Origin: Candidatus Thorarchaeota archaeon
GTDB lineage: Archaea; Asgardarchaeota; Thorarchaeia; Thorarchaeales; Thorarchaeaceae
Assembly (NCBI GenBank): GCA_048882325.1
Contig: JBHLRS010000058.1
Span: forward strand, 1 to 16,714
Length of the DNA stretch: 16,714 bases
Direction: 5' to 3'
The position numbers were made by a program, and so were the translations under genes. A model generated the notes under the pieces. The model ran no database searches. It had not been told where the DNA came from and worked only from the letters and a program-made list of their open reading frames with translations. Positions 1-12,191 of this stretch are shown here, piece by piece. Position 1 is the stretch's first letter. Every line of letters begins with the position of its first letter.

Positions 1-22
1 TGTCATAGACGATGGGACAAAT

Positions 23-131
23 GGGCTCGTGGCGCAGACAGGTAGCGCAGCAGGCTTTTAACCTGAGGAACAGGAGATTCGTTTCTTGCTTCGGGGACTG
101 GCCGCGGGTTCAAATCCCGCCGAGCCCGCCA
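23..131 (+). tRNA. tRNA-Lys (anticodon UUU) with encoded CCA and a non-canonical intron
   Basis: Acceptor stem GGGCTCG(23-29)/CGAGCCC(121-127), discriminator G, CCA 129-131. D-stem GCGC/GCGC, anticodon arm GCAGG-CT-TTT-AA-CCTG, T-arm GCGGG-TTCAAAT-CCCGC. About 32 extra nt follow the anticodon stem. Confidence 0.92.
66..97 (+). other. Putative tRNA intron (32-33 nt) at non-canonical position ~42/43
   Basis: Removing 66-97 restores the anticodon stem GCAGG/CCTGC and a 5-nt variable loop TGGCC, giving a 77-nt tRNA. The insert folds as a hairpin with a TTCG loop (CAGGAGA-TTCG-TTTCTTG). The BHB motif is relaxed, so boundaries are uncertain by about 1 nt. Confidence 0.7.
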
Positions 132-283
132 TTGCATGCGGTTTGGAGTAGAATTGTCAGAGTAAACAACAAACGGGGCGGCTATTGCAGCTATGTGTGA
201 GCTCGGATTTCTGAGTTCTATGCGTTGGGAAGCGTGTATGGTCGCAGTAGTTCCCCCGTCCTTCACAATCACGATGTGATTAC

Positions 284-3200
284 ATGGCAAAGGGCACACA
301 AGATCGAGACAAGTACTGGCCAGTTATAGAGGCCTTCTTTGATCAGTACGGACTAGTAGGTCAGCATCTTGACTCGTTTAACCGATTCATAAGAGAAGAG
401 CTCCAACAGGTAGTGGACAGTGTTGGTAAGCTCACGCCGAAGATTGAAGGCTATGTCGTGGAACTTGGCGATATCCATGTTGACGAGCCTTCCATTCGAG
501 AGGCTGATGGTAGTGAACACAAGCTCTACCCCAATGAGGCGAGAATCCGAAACCTCACCTATGCAAGCAAGTTACACCTTGACATGACCCCAGTCCGGAA
601 GGAGGGCTCTGTGTCAACCAGACTTGAAACCATGAGGATTTACATTGGGGACCTACCAATCATGCTGCGGAGTGAGAAATGCCATCTGAACGGCCTGCCA
701 GATGAAGAGCTCATAAAACACGGCGAGGATCCTAAGGACCCAGGTGGTTACTTCATCATCAACGGGTCCGAGCGAGTTCTAGTGACGCAAGAGGATCTAG
801 CGCCCAACAGGATTCTAATTGAAGAAGCAAGCAAGAGCTCAAGCTACACACACATTGCTAAGGTCTTCTCCACTTCACGAGGTTTCCGAGCACCAGTCAC
901 TATCGAGCGAAAGCGAACTGGTGAACTAAGAGTATCATTCCCATCAGTGCCCGGTAAAATACCCTTAGCCATCCTTCTGAAGGCACTCGGTCTCGAGAAG
1001 GACATAGACATTGTTGATGTCATCTCGGACGATGATGAGATACGAAACGAACTCATTGTCACCATTGAGCAGTCAGCTCCTATCAACGCACCCACTGGTG
1101 AAGAGGATGAATCAACCCGTAACAATGCGCTAGACTTCATTGGAAAACGTGTTGCTGTGGGTCAGACAAAGGAGTATCGTCTTGCACGTGCAGAGAAAGT
1201 ACTGGACCGCTATCTTCTCCCACACATTGGGACTGAGGAAGACAGCAGACTTCAGAAGGCGTACTATCTCGGTCAGATGGTGGAACGACTTCTTGAGTTG
1301 GTACTCAGTAAGCGAGCTCCTGATGACAAGGACCACTATGCAAACAAGAGGCTGAAACTCTCAGGTGACCTTCTCATGTCACTCTTCAGAGTGGCTCTCT
1401 ACTCACTGACCCGTGATATCAAGTATCAATTAGAACGTACAGCAGTTCGAGGTCGCAAGCCCAATATCAGGACTGCAGTAAGAGCTGATGTAATCACACA
1501 GAGACTGAAACATGCACTCGCTACAGGTAACTGGGTCGGAGGTAAGGCTGGTGTATCACAACTACTTGATCGGACCAACTACATTTCCTCCCTCTCACAT
1601 CTCAGACGAGTTGTTTCACCCCTTTCACGATCACAGCCGCACTTCGAGGCACGAGACCTCCATTCAACCCACTGGGGTAAGATTTGTCCAAACGAGACCC
1701 CAGAAGGACCAAACTGTGGCCTTGTGAAGAACATCGCTATGATGGCCTACATCTCAGTTGGAACTGACGAGGAAGCTGTGGAACGTGCCCTACTCAAGGC
1801 CGAAGTCGAGCCCATCGAGAAGCTCCGTGGAAAACGGGGCACTAAATGGGCTGATGTCTTCTTGAATGGTCGACTCGTTGGTATCCATCCAGCACCACAG
1901 GTTTTGGTGAAGACAATCCGACAGAAGCGTCGTAATGGCGAGATTGATCACCAGACAAACATTGCTTACTATGAAGACACCCACGAAGTCCAGGTCAACT
2001 GCGATGCTGGTCGTGTGAGGAGACCTGTCATTGTTGTCGAGAATGGAAAGAGTGGTCTCACTGATGAACACCTAAGAATGGTCCTCGAAACCGAGTGGGG
2101 TTTCTTAGACCTTCTACGCAATGGAACTGTAGAGTTCATTGACGCAGAAGAGGAAGAGAACACACTGATTGCGATGTATCCAGAAGATATTGGACCAAAC
2201 ACAACCCATATGGAGATTGTACCATCCACTATTTTGGGTATTTCTGCAGCCCTAATTCCGTTCCCAGAGCGAAATCAGTCACCACGTAATGTGTACATGG
2301 CTGGAATGGCAAAACAATCAGTAGGTGTTCCTGCTTCTAACTTCAGATACAGAGCAGATACACGATCACACTTCTTCCACTATCCTCAGGTACCACTTGT
2401 AAAGACCCGCGCAATGGACTCGATTGGCTATGAAGACCGTCCGGCTGGTCAGAACTTCATTGTGGCCATCCTCTCCTTCGAGGGCTATAATATTGAAGAC
2501 GCGCTCATCATGAACAAGGCCTCTATTGAAAGAGGTCTAGGTCGAAGCACCTTCGCAAGAGTGTATGAGAGTGAAGAGAGGAAGTATCCCGGTGGTCAAG
2601 AGGACCGATTCGAAATTCCTGATCGAAGTGTCAGAGGCTACAGAGCCTCTGAGTCCTATCGAAACCTTGGTGAGGACGGCATTATTGAAACCGAGGTCGA
2701 GGTCATGGGAGGCGATGTACTCATTGGAAGAACCTCTCCACCACGATTCTTGGAGGAATACTCTGAGTTTGAAATTGCTTCTCCAAACCGCCGAGAAACA
2801 TCAGTTGCGGTACGTCATGGAGAGGCTGGTGTGGTTGATAGCGTCATACTTACAGAAACCATTGATGGTAATCGTCTAGTAAAGGTAAAGGTTCGAGACC
2901 TACGAATCCCTGAGCTGGGCGATAAGTACGCCTCTCGTCATGGACAGAAGGGAGTCATTGGGTACATTGTGCCCCAACAGGACCTCCCATTCACTGAAGA
3001 CGGAGTTGTTCCAGACCTTCTGATTAATCCACACGCAATCCCAAGTCGAATGACAATTGGTCAGATTCTTGAGATGGTTGCAGGAAAAGCAGCTTGTATG
3101 GTTGGGAAACAGCAGGATGCAACACCTTTCTGTGGAGTCACAGAGGATGAACTGTTTGAAATCCTCAAGAAACATGGTCTGAAGCACAATGGACGCGAAA

Positions 3201-3655
3201 CCATGTACTCAGGAATCACAGGCGAGAGGCTCAAGGTTGACATATTCATGGGCGTTATTTTCTATCAGAAGCTCCACCATATGGTCGCTGACAAAATCCA
3301 TGCTCGAGCAAGAGGACCCGTTCAGATTCTTACCAGGCAACCAACTGAGGGACGTGCCCGAGAGGGTGGTCTACGGTTTGGAGAAATGGAACGTGACGTA
3401 CTGATTGGTCATGGTGCGGCAATTCTACTGAAGGGTCGACTCCTAGATGAGTCGGACAAGAGCAACATGCTCGTCTGCGAGGACTGCGGTCTGATAGGCG
3501 TCTATGACCGCAACAAGGACCAGTATTACTGTCCAATCTGCGGAACAAATGCAAAGATCAGTAGCGTGGTCGTGTCTTACGCTTTCAAACTGTTAATACA
3601 AGAAATGATGTCACTTGGCCTGGCTACCAGGTTACGATTAAAGGAGATGATCTAG
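284..3655 (+). CDS. rpoB: DNA-directed RNA polymerase subunit B (Rpo2, unsplit B''+B'), 1123 aa
   Basis: Motifs GGYFIINGSERV, ETPEGPNCGL, GDKYASRHGQKG, HMVADKIHAR, GGLRFGEMERD and a C-terminal CEDC...CPIC zinc ribbon. Confidence 0.99.
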   Translation: MAKGTQDRDKYWPVIEAFFDQYGLVGQHLDSFNRFIREELQQVVDSVGKLTPKIEGYVVELGDIHVDEPSIREADGSEHKLYPNEARIRNLTYASKLHLDMTPVRKEGSVSTRLETMRIYIGDLPIMLRSEKCHLNGLPDEELIKHGEDPKDPGGYFIINGSERVLVTQEDLAPNRILIEEASKSSSYTHIAKVFSTSRGFRAPVTIERKRTGELRVSFPSVPGKIPLAILLKALGLEKDIDIVDVISDDDEIRNELIVTIEQSAPINAPTGEEDESTRNNALDFIGKRVAVGQTKEYRLARAEKVLDRYLLPHIGTEEDSRLQKAYYLGQMVERLLELVLSKRAPDDKDHYANKRLKLSGDLLMSLFRVALYSLTRDIKYQLERTAVRGRKPNIRTAVRADVITQRLKHALATGNWVGGKAGVSQLLDRTNYISSLSHLRRVVSPLSRSQPHFEARDLHSTHWGKICPNETPEGPNCGLVKNIAMMAYISVGTDEEAVERALLKAEVEPIEKLRGKRGTKWADVFLNGRLVGIHPAPQVLVKTIRQKRRNGEIDHQTNIAYYEDTHEVQVNCDAGRVRRPVIVVENGKSGLTDEHLRMVLETEWGFLDLLRNGTVEFIDAEEEENTLIAMYPEDIGPNTTHMEIVPSTILGISAALIPFPERNQSPRNVYMAGMAKQSVGVPASNFRYRADTRSHFFHYPQVPLVKTRAMDSIGYEDRPAGQNFIVAILSFEGYNIEDALIMNKASIERGLGRSTFARVYESEERKYPGGQEDRFEIPDRSVRGYRASESYRNLGEDGIIETEVEVMGGDVLIGRTSPPRFLEEYSEFEIASPNRRETSVAVRHGEAGVVDSVILTETIDGNRLVKVKVRDLRIPELGDKYASRHGQKGVIGYIVPQQDLPFTEDGVVPDLLINPHAIPSRMTIGQILEMVAGKAACMVGKQQDATPFCGVTEDELFEILKKHGLKHNGRETMYSGITGERLKVDIFMGVIFYQKLHHMVADKIHARARGPVQILTRQPTEGRAREGGLRFGEMERDVLIGHGAAILLKGRLLDESDKSNMLVCEDCGLIGVYDRNKDQYYCPICGTNAKISSVVVSYAFKLLIQEMMSLGLATRLRLKEMI

Positions 3656-7721
<4,066 letters not shown>

Positions 7722-7734
7722 CAGAGGTCACGGC

Positions 7735-7747
7735 GGAAACATTAAAA
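7735..7747 (+). promoter_or_regulatory. Putative BRE/TATA internal promoter upstream of rpl30e
   Basis: GGAAACATTAAAA in the 87-nt gap, nearly identical to CGAAACGATTAAAA upstream of tuf. Confidence 0.5.
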
Positions 7748-7808
7748 CAGAATACCAATTGACGCAACCAGTTCGGGTATACCAACAAATCACTTACGAG
7801 GTCATACA

Positions 7809-8102
7809 ATGAGCCTGAATCAACCAATAGCAAGTGCAGTAAACACAGGCGAGTGCAAGATAGGTACACGGTCTTCCATTGATGCAATCAAGACTGGTAA
7901 AGCACAACTTGTTGTTGTGTCATCTAACTGTCCCAAGGATGACTTAGAAGACATCGAGCAGTTTGCAAAACTCGCTGAGATTAAGGTCCATAAATTCGAG
8001 GGAACTTCGTGGGATTTGGGTGAAGTCGTTGGTAAGCCATTCATGGTTTCTGCCATAGCCATAATCAAGCCTGGTAACTCAAAGATTTTGAAAATGGTCT
8101 GA
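7809..8102 (+). CDS. rpl30e: 50S ribosomal protein L30e (eL30)
   Basis: AVNTGECKIG...GKAQLVVVSSNCP...SWDLGEVVGKPF..S.IAI..PG.S.IL pattern, canonical position after rpoA2, GAGGT SD. Confidence 0.96.
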   Translation: MSLNQPIASAVNTGECKIGTRSSIDAIKTGKAQLVVVSSNCPKDDLEDIEQFAKLAEIKVHKFEGTSWDLGEVVGKPFMVSAIAIIKPGNSKILKMV

Positions 8103-8112
8103 GGGGAGTCAA

Positions 8113-8547
8113 TTGGGAAGAGTCAAACTCTCCATGGAGGACATGGCACTCATAGCCAAGTTCGAACAGATTACAGGCGCTGCAGCAATAGATGTAATTC
8201 GTGACGACGAAGGTGAACGGATCATAGTTGTGGTTCGTCCAAAGCAACTTGGTAAAGCAATTGGTCGAGGTGGTGTCAATGTCAAGGCTGCCTCAGAGGC
8301 TTTTGGACGCCCAGTTGATGTTGTCGAAATGGCTGAAACAGCTGAGGCTTTCGTCATGAGCGCCTTAGCTCCAGCTCGAGTGGAGAGTGTGAAGATAATC
8401 GAGCACCGTGATGGCACTAGAGTAGCATCGGTGACTGTAAATACTGAAGATCGTGGCATTGCTATCGGCCGAGATGGGAGAAATGTCGCCCGAGCACGAA
8501 TTTTGGTACGCCGTCACTTTGACCTGAACAACGTTGTCATAGCATGA
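8113..8547 (+). CDS. nusA: Archaeal NusA (two KH domains), TTG start
   Basis: KH motifs GKAIGRGGVNV and GIAIGRDGRNV, FEQITGA near the N-terminus, canonical position, GAGGGGAG SD. Confidence 0.95.
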   Translation: MGRVKLSMEDMALIAKFEQITGAAAIDVIRDDEGERIIVVVRPKQLGKAIGRGGVNVKAASEAFGRPVDVVEMAETAEAFVMSALAPARVESVKIIEHRDGTRVASVTVNTEDRGIAIGRDGRNVARARILVRRHFDLNNVVIA

Positions 8548-8569
8548 GCGTTCTGGACACGTTCTCTTC

Positions 8570-8583
8570 CAAATCCTTTTAAG
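8570..8583 (+). promoter_or_regulatory. Putative BRE/TATA promoter upstream of rps12
   Basis: CAAATC-CTTTTAAG in the 109-nt nusA-rps12 gap. Confidence 0.45.
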
Positions 8584-8656
8584 GTTACAACAGGCCGGAG
8601 CCGATAACCACCATAGAGAGCGTACCATGAATGGTGCGTTTAAGAGGTAAATCATC

Positions 8657-9100
8657 TTGACAGGTTCAAAATCCCCATTGGGCGAGTTCGCAGCGCGACC
8701 TCTCCTCCGAAAGAGGAAGAAGTTCCGTTGGAAAAAGCCCACCTACAAAAGGCGCACTCTGAAGCTTAAGAGGAAGACCGACCCACTAGAGGGTGCTCCT
8801 CAAGCCAGAGGTATTGTCCTAGAGAAGGTAGGTATTGAGTCAAAGCAGCCAAACTCTGCTATCCGAAAGGCTGTAAGGATTCAACTCTCAAAGAATGGAA
8901 AACAGATCACTGCGTTCATACCTGGGGATGGTGGCCTGAAGTACATAGATGAACATGACTCTGTTGTTGTTGAGGGGATTGGTGGTGCTCAGGGTGGTCC
9001 AATTGGTGACTTACCTGGAGTTTCGTGGAAAGTAATAAAAGTCAACGGAGTCGGCCTGGAGTCACTGATCTATGGACGAAAGGAGAAGCCAATTCGATAG
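8657..9100 (+). CDS. rps12: 30S ribosomal protein S12 (uS12), TTG start
   Basis: [47 protein letters not shown]. Confidence 0.98.
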   Translation: MTGSKSPLGEFAARPLLRKRKKFRWKKPTYKRRTLKLKRKTDPLEGAPQARGIVLEKVGIESKQPNSAIRKAVRIQLSKNGKQITAFIPGDGGLKYIDEHDSVVVEGIGGAQGGPIGDLPGVSWKVIKVNGVGLESLIYGRKEKPIR

Positions 9101-9109
9101 GTGGAAGTC

Positions 9110-9760
9110 ATGCCTGAAGAAGAAACCGTTGAACCAGTTGTTGAGGAAACCCCTCCTCATGAACCACCTGAACTTCTCTTGTTTGGCAAGTGGGACTCAA
9201 GTAATGTAGAAATTAATGACGTGGGTCTTGCAAGGTACATCTCGTTGAAACCAGTCCTTATTCCTCACACGTCAGGCAGGCATGCACACAAGAGATTCCA
9301 CAAGTCGCACATTCCTATTGTTGAGCGGTTTGCAAACAAGATGCTGAACGCAGGCCGCAGGAAGGACAAGAAGACACGAACTGGTAGAGGCGCTGGAAAG
9401 AAACTGCGAGCAATCAACACCCTCCGACGTGCCTTTGAAATCATCAATTACAGGACAGGACTCAACCCAGTTCAGGTCCTTGTTACAGCGATTGAGAACG
9501 CGGCTCCCGCAGAAGAAACAACCCGTATCTCATACGGTGGTATGGCCTATCCCCGTTCTGTGGATGTTTCACCACAGAGGAGGATTGACCTCGCCCTCAG
9601 ATACCTCTCAGTTGGTGCAGTTCGCTCAGCACACAAGAATGCTAAGTCATTCGAAGAGTGTCTAGTTGACGAGCTTCTTCTCGCTTACAAGAGTGATCCT
9701 GGTAGCTTTGCTATCGCTAGGAAAGAAGAGCGAGAACGAGTTGCTCGTTCTGCGAGATAA
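9110..9760 (+). CDS. rps7: 30S ribosomal protein S7 (uS7) with acidic N-terminal extension
   Basis: LFGKWD, PHTSGRH, NPVQVLVTAIENAAP.EE, VDVSPQRRIDLAL, KEERERVARSAR. ATG 9110 follows an AGGTGG SD; GTG 9101 is an alternative start. Confidence 0.97.
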   Translation: MPEEETVEPVVEETPPHEPPELLLFGKWDSSNVEINDVGLARYISLKPVLIPHTSGRHAHKRFHKSHIPIVERFANKMLNAGRRKDKKTRTGRGAGKKLRAINTLRRAFEIINYRTGLNPVQVLVTAIENAAPAEETTRISYGGMAYPRSVDVSPQRRIDLALRYLSVGAVRSAHKNAKSFEECLVDELLLAYKSDPGSFAIARKEERERVARSAR

Positions 9761-9769
9761 TCCATTCCA

Positions 9770-9823
9770 TGCACGGACTTTTCCGTACAGCTCTTTCAGT
9801 TTACTACCTCTTCAGTTCATCTT
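9770..9823 (+). terminator. Possible terminator after rps7
   Basis: Hairpin TGCACGGA-CTTT-TCCGTACA (9770-9789, one mismatch) followed by a pyrimidine/T-rich tract. Confidence 0.4.
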
Positions 9824-9865
9824 ATCAGAGGGTTCAATTCCATGAGGGAGTCTGAGGAGTAAGAA

Positions 9866-10786
9866 ATGAGCAGGACATCCTTTGCATATCTTGCCATCAT
9901 AGTGACAACGGTCCTATGGTCCTCCTCATTGATCTTTGCAAAGCTCATCTATGCAGAGGTTGGTCCTATAGTCTTCGTGGCTCTGAGATACACATTGGCC
10001 TGTCCCTTTCTACTTGTAGTGACTCTCCAACACAGGAAGAAACAGACTGTAGAGGATGTTAAGAACAACTGGAAAATCCTGTTGGTCGCTGGATTGAGTG
10101 GTCCCTTCATCTCTCAGATTCTGCAATACATTGGTCTTGAAATGTCAACAGCAAGCGACACCCTCCTACTCATTAATCTCACACCAATCTTTGCAGTCAT
10201 CATCGCTGCTCCTGTGTTGAGTGAAAAGATTACCCTTGAGAAAACAATTGGTCTGATACTAGCGACTATCGGTGCAACGCTCATAGTCATGAACACTGCT
10301 CCAGATATCACACCATTCGGTTTCTGGCGTCTTATCGGAGACCTACTAGTAATTATTTCCACATTCTTCTTTGCCATCAATGGGATCGCAGGGAAAATGG
10401 CAATCAAGTCCGTAGACGCAATCTCAATCACTTTCTATAGCACATTACTCGCAGTCCCGTTCATCTGGGTGTCAGCAACGCTACTTGAAGATATGACAGT
10501 CCTATTCACCATGAGCCTACAAGCTTGGATCATCGTGATATGGGTTGGGATTGTAAACACAGTGATTGCTTTCATTCTCTACTACGAATCTATGAAGCAC
10601 ATTGAAGCCTCACTTGTACAGATTATGTTGAATCTGATTGCAGTCTGGGGCGTGTTGCTGTCAATCTTTGTCCTAAATGAAACCGTGACTTATCTACAGA
10701 TTCTTGGAGGTGCGCTCACAGTGATTGGTGTGGTCTTTGCCCAGATGGCACAGGCAAGGCGGAAGACCAATGAAGACCATCTATAA
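9866..10786 (+). CDS. DMT/EamA-family permease (about 10 TM), 306 aa
   Basis: LWSSS..FAK, P......RY, L....PIF......L.EK repeated as ...FVLNE....QILGG. Hydrophobic throughout. GAGGAG SD. Confidence 0.93.
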   Translation: MSRTSFAYLAIIVTTVLWSSSLIFAKLIYAEVGPIVFVALRYTLACPFLLVVTLQHRKKQTVEDVKNNWKILLVAGLSGPFISQILQYIGLEMSTASDTLLLINLTPIFAVIIAAPVLSEKITLEKTIGLILATIGATLIVMNTAPDITPFGFWRLIGDLLVIISTFFFAINGIAGKMAIKSVDAISITFYSTLLAVPFIWVSATLLEDMTVLFTMSLQAWIIVIWVGIVNTVIAFILYYESMKHIEASLVQIMLNLIAVWGVLLSIFVLNETVTYLQILGGALTVIGVVFAQMAQARRKTNEDHL

Positions 10787-10817
10787 GGAGCGTTGCCGTT
10801 CACTAGGTGTGGTAAGA

Positions 10818-11036
10818 ATGAGTCGGAAAGGTGTTCTGAAGGAACTCATGCTAATTTTAGGTATAGTCCTGCTGATTCTCACAGTCTTCGAATACCTAGT
10901 CTGGGTGTTTTCTCTAACTATTGACCCCACTCTATCATACTGGATTCAGATGGTCTATCTAGTGTTGATCTTTGTGTTTCTTGTCCTGCTGTTTCTCTCT
11001 CTTAACCCTGAGTCTCCCAAAAATGATATGTCATAG
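10818..11036 (+). CDS. Small two-TM membrane protein, hypothetical (72 aa)
   Basis: ATG 10818 after AGGTGTGG. Two hydrophobic helices with a basic N-terminus. Fills the gap between co-oriented genes. Confidence 0.7.
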   Translation: MSRKGVLKELMLILGIVLLILTVFEYLVWVFSLTIDPTLSYWIQMVYLVLIFVFLVLLFLSLNPESPKNDMS

Positions 11037-11067
11037 TGTCACACTCAATTTCTGTGAGGTCAGAGAA

Positions 11068-12105
11068 ATGTCAGAAGAACTCAAAGTTGGCACAGCAGTT
11101 GTAAAACGAGGCGAACTCCAGAAGGGAGTAATTAAAGGAATTGAACTGAACACGACAACAAGCATCGATATCCCTGTACTAGTAATGAATGGAGCAAAAG
11201 ATGGACCAACCGTGCTTATGGTCTCCACACAACACGGTATAGAGATTCAGGGTATCGAGGTCATTCACAGGATAATGAGGGAAAAGGTGAGTCCAAAGAA
11301 TCTTCGAGGAGCCATTATTGGAATCCCCGTAGAGAACCCGCTAGCCTTCATGCACCATCAGTACCTCTCATGGATTGATAATCAAGACCTAGGTGGAGGT
11401 GGCAGTGCCAGTCCTTTGACAGCGGACAAACCGAAGGGTACAGCTACTGAGCGTTTGGCGCATGTTCTCTGGCAGGAGGCTTGGAGCAAGACTGACATGG
11501 TCCTCAACATGCACACCAATGTCAGACCTGACTCTCTCTTCTTCACTGAAATCAACATAGGTAATCCCAAGACGAGAGAGAAACTTGAGAAGATGGCTGA
11601 GGCTTTTGGAGTGACCAATGTGGTTGAAAATGTGCCAATAGCCGATGATGCACCAGACACTCTAGCAAATTTGGCTGTAAAGAACGGGGTTCCAGACATC
11701 CTCATCGAGTTCATTGATGGCAGATGGATCTCAGAACCCTCTACTACTGTAGGGGTACGAGGGGTTCTCAATATCTTGAAGGCCTTTGACATGATAGACG
11801 GTGAGATTGAGCCTCAGGAAGATATCATAATCATTCCCGGAATCTGTACATTTCATGGAATCGTCACTGCAAACAGAGGCGGTCTCATCCGGTTTCTCAA
11901 GACACCTGGAGATTTCATGAAGAAAGGTGAGGTGTTTGCTGAAATCTATGACCTCTATGGTGATGTCCTAGAGAGAGTAGAGTGTCCCATTGATGGATAC
12001 ATCTGGGCCTATCCATGTGGAGATATACTTGGTACTCCTGGTAGTCTACAAGCGGTCCAGACAGGCGCTAACATCGCATATGTCTTTACTTCAGACAAAC
12101 AATGA
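11068..12105 (+). CDS. M14-family succinylglutamate desuccinylase/aspartoacylase-like zinc hydrolase (345 aa)
   Basis: GPT......HGIE..G zinc motif, NPLAF, NMH third ligand, LIE catalytic Glu region, C-terminal barrel-sandwich-hybrid domain (ANRGGL...PGD..KKGE...CPIDG). ATG 11068 after GAGGT. Confidence 0.9.
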   Translation: MSEELKVGTAVVKRGELQKGVIKGIELNTTTSIDIPVLVMNGAKDGPTVLMVSTQHGIEIQGIEVIHRIMREKVSPKNLRGAIIGIPVENPLAFMHHQYLSWIDNQDLGGGGSASPLTADKPKGTATERLAHVLWQEAWSKTDMVLNMHTNVRPDSLFFTEINIGNPKTREKLEKMAEAFGVTNVVENVPIADDAPDTLANLAVKNGVPDILIEFIDGRWISEPSTTVGVRGVLNILKAFDMIDGEIEPQEDIIIIPGICTFHGIVTANRGGLIRFLKTPGDFMKKGEVFAEIYDLYGDVLERVECPIDGYIWAYPCGDILGTPGSLQAVQTGANIAYVFTSDKQ

Positions 12106-12132
12106 ACTTCTAGTAAAACCATCCGCGAATTT
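12102..12132 (+). repeat. Direct repeat copy 1, overlapping the M14 stop codon
   Basis: ATGAACTTCTAGTAAAACCATCCGCGAATTT; 27/31 identical to 13115-13145, with a 22/23 core at 12108-12130. Confidence 0.9.
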
Positions 12133-12145
12133 ATGGTTGTGCCAC

Positions 12146-12175
12146 GTCGAAACCATTTTGTGAGAATGGTCTTCG
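12146..12175 (+). promoter_or_regulatory. Promoter-like GTCGAAACCATTTT overlapped by an inverted repeat (operator or hairpin)
   Basis: GTCGAAAC matches the tuf upstream element. CGAA-ACCATTTT-GTG-AGAATGGT-C-TTCG is an imperfect palindrome ending 16 nt before the flavodoxin ATG. Confidence 0.45.
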
Positions 12176-12191
12176 TTTCTCATGACTGATT

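Noticed and set aside
3-299. ORFs 3..299(-) and 12..200(+), including a faint RpoH-like IVRV...GG...Y stretch
   Set aside because: They overlap the tRNA gene, the minus ORF contains typical antisense-tRNA translation (RARRDLNPRP), and diagnostic RpoH motifs are absent.
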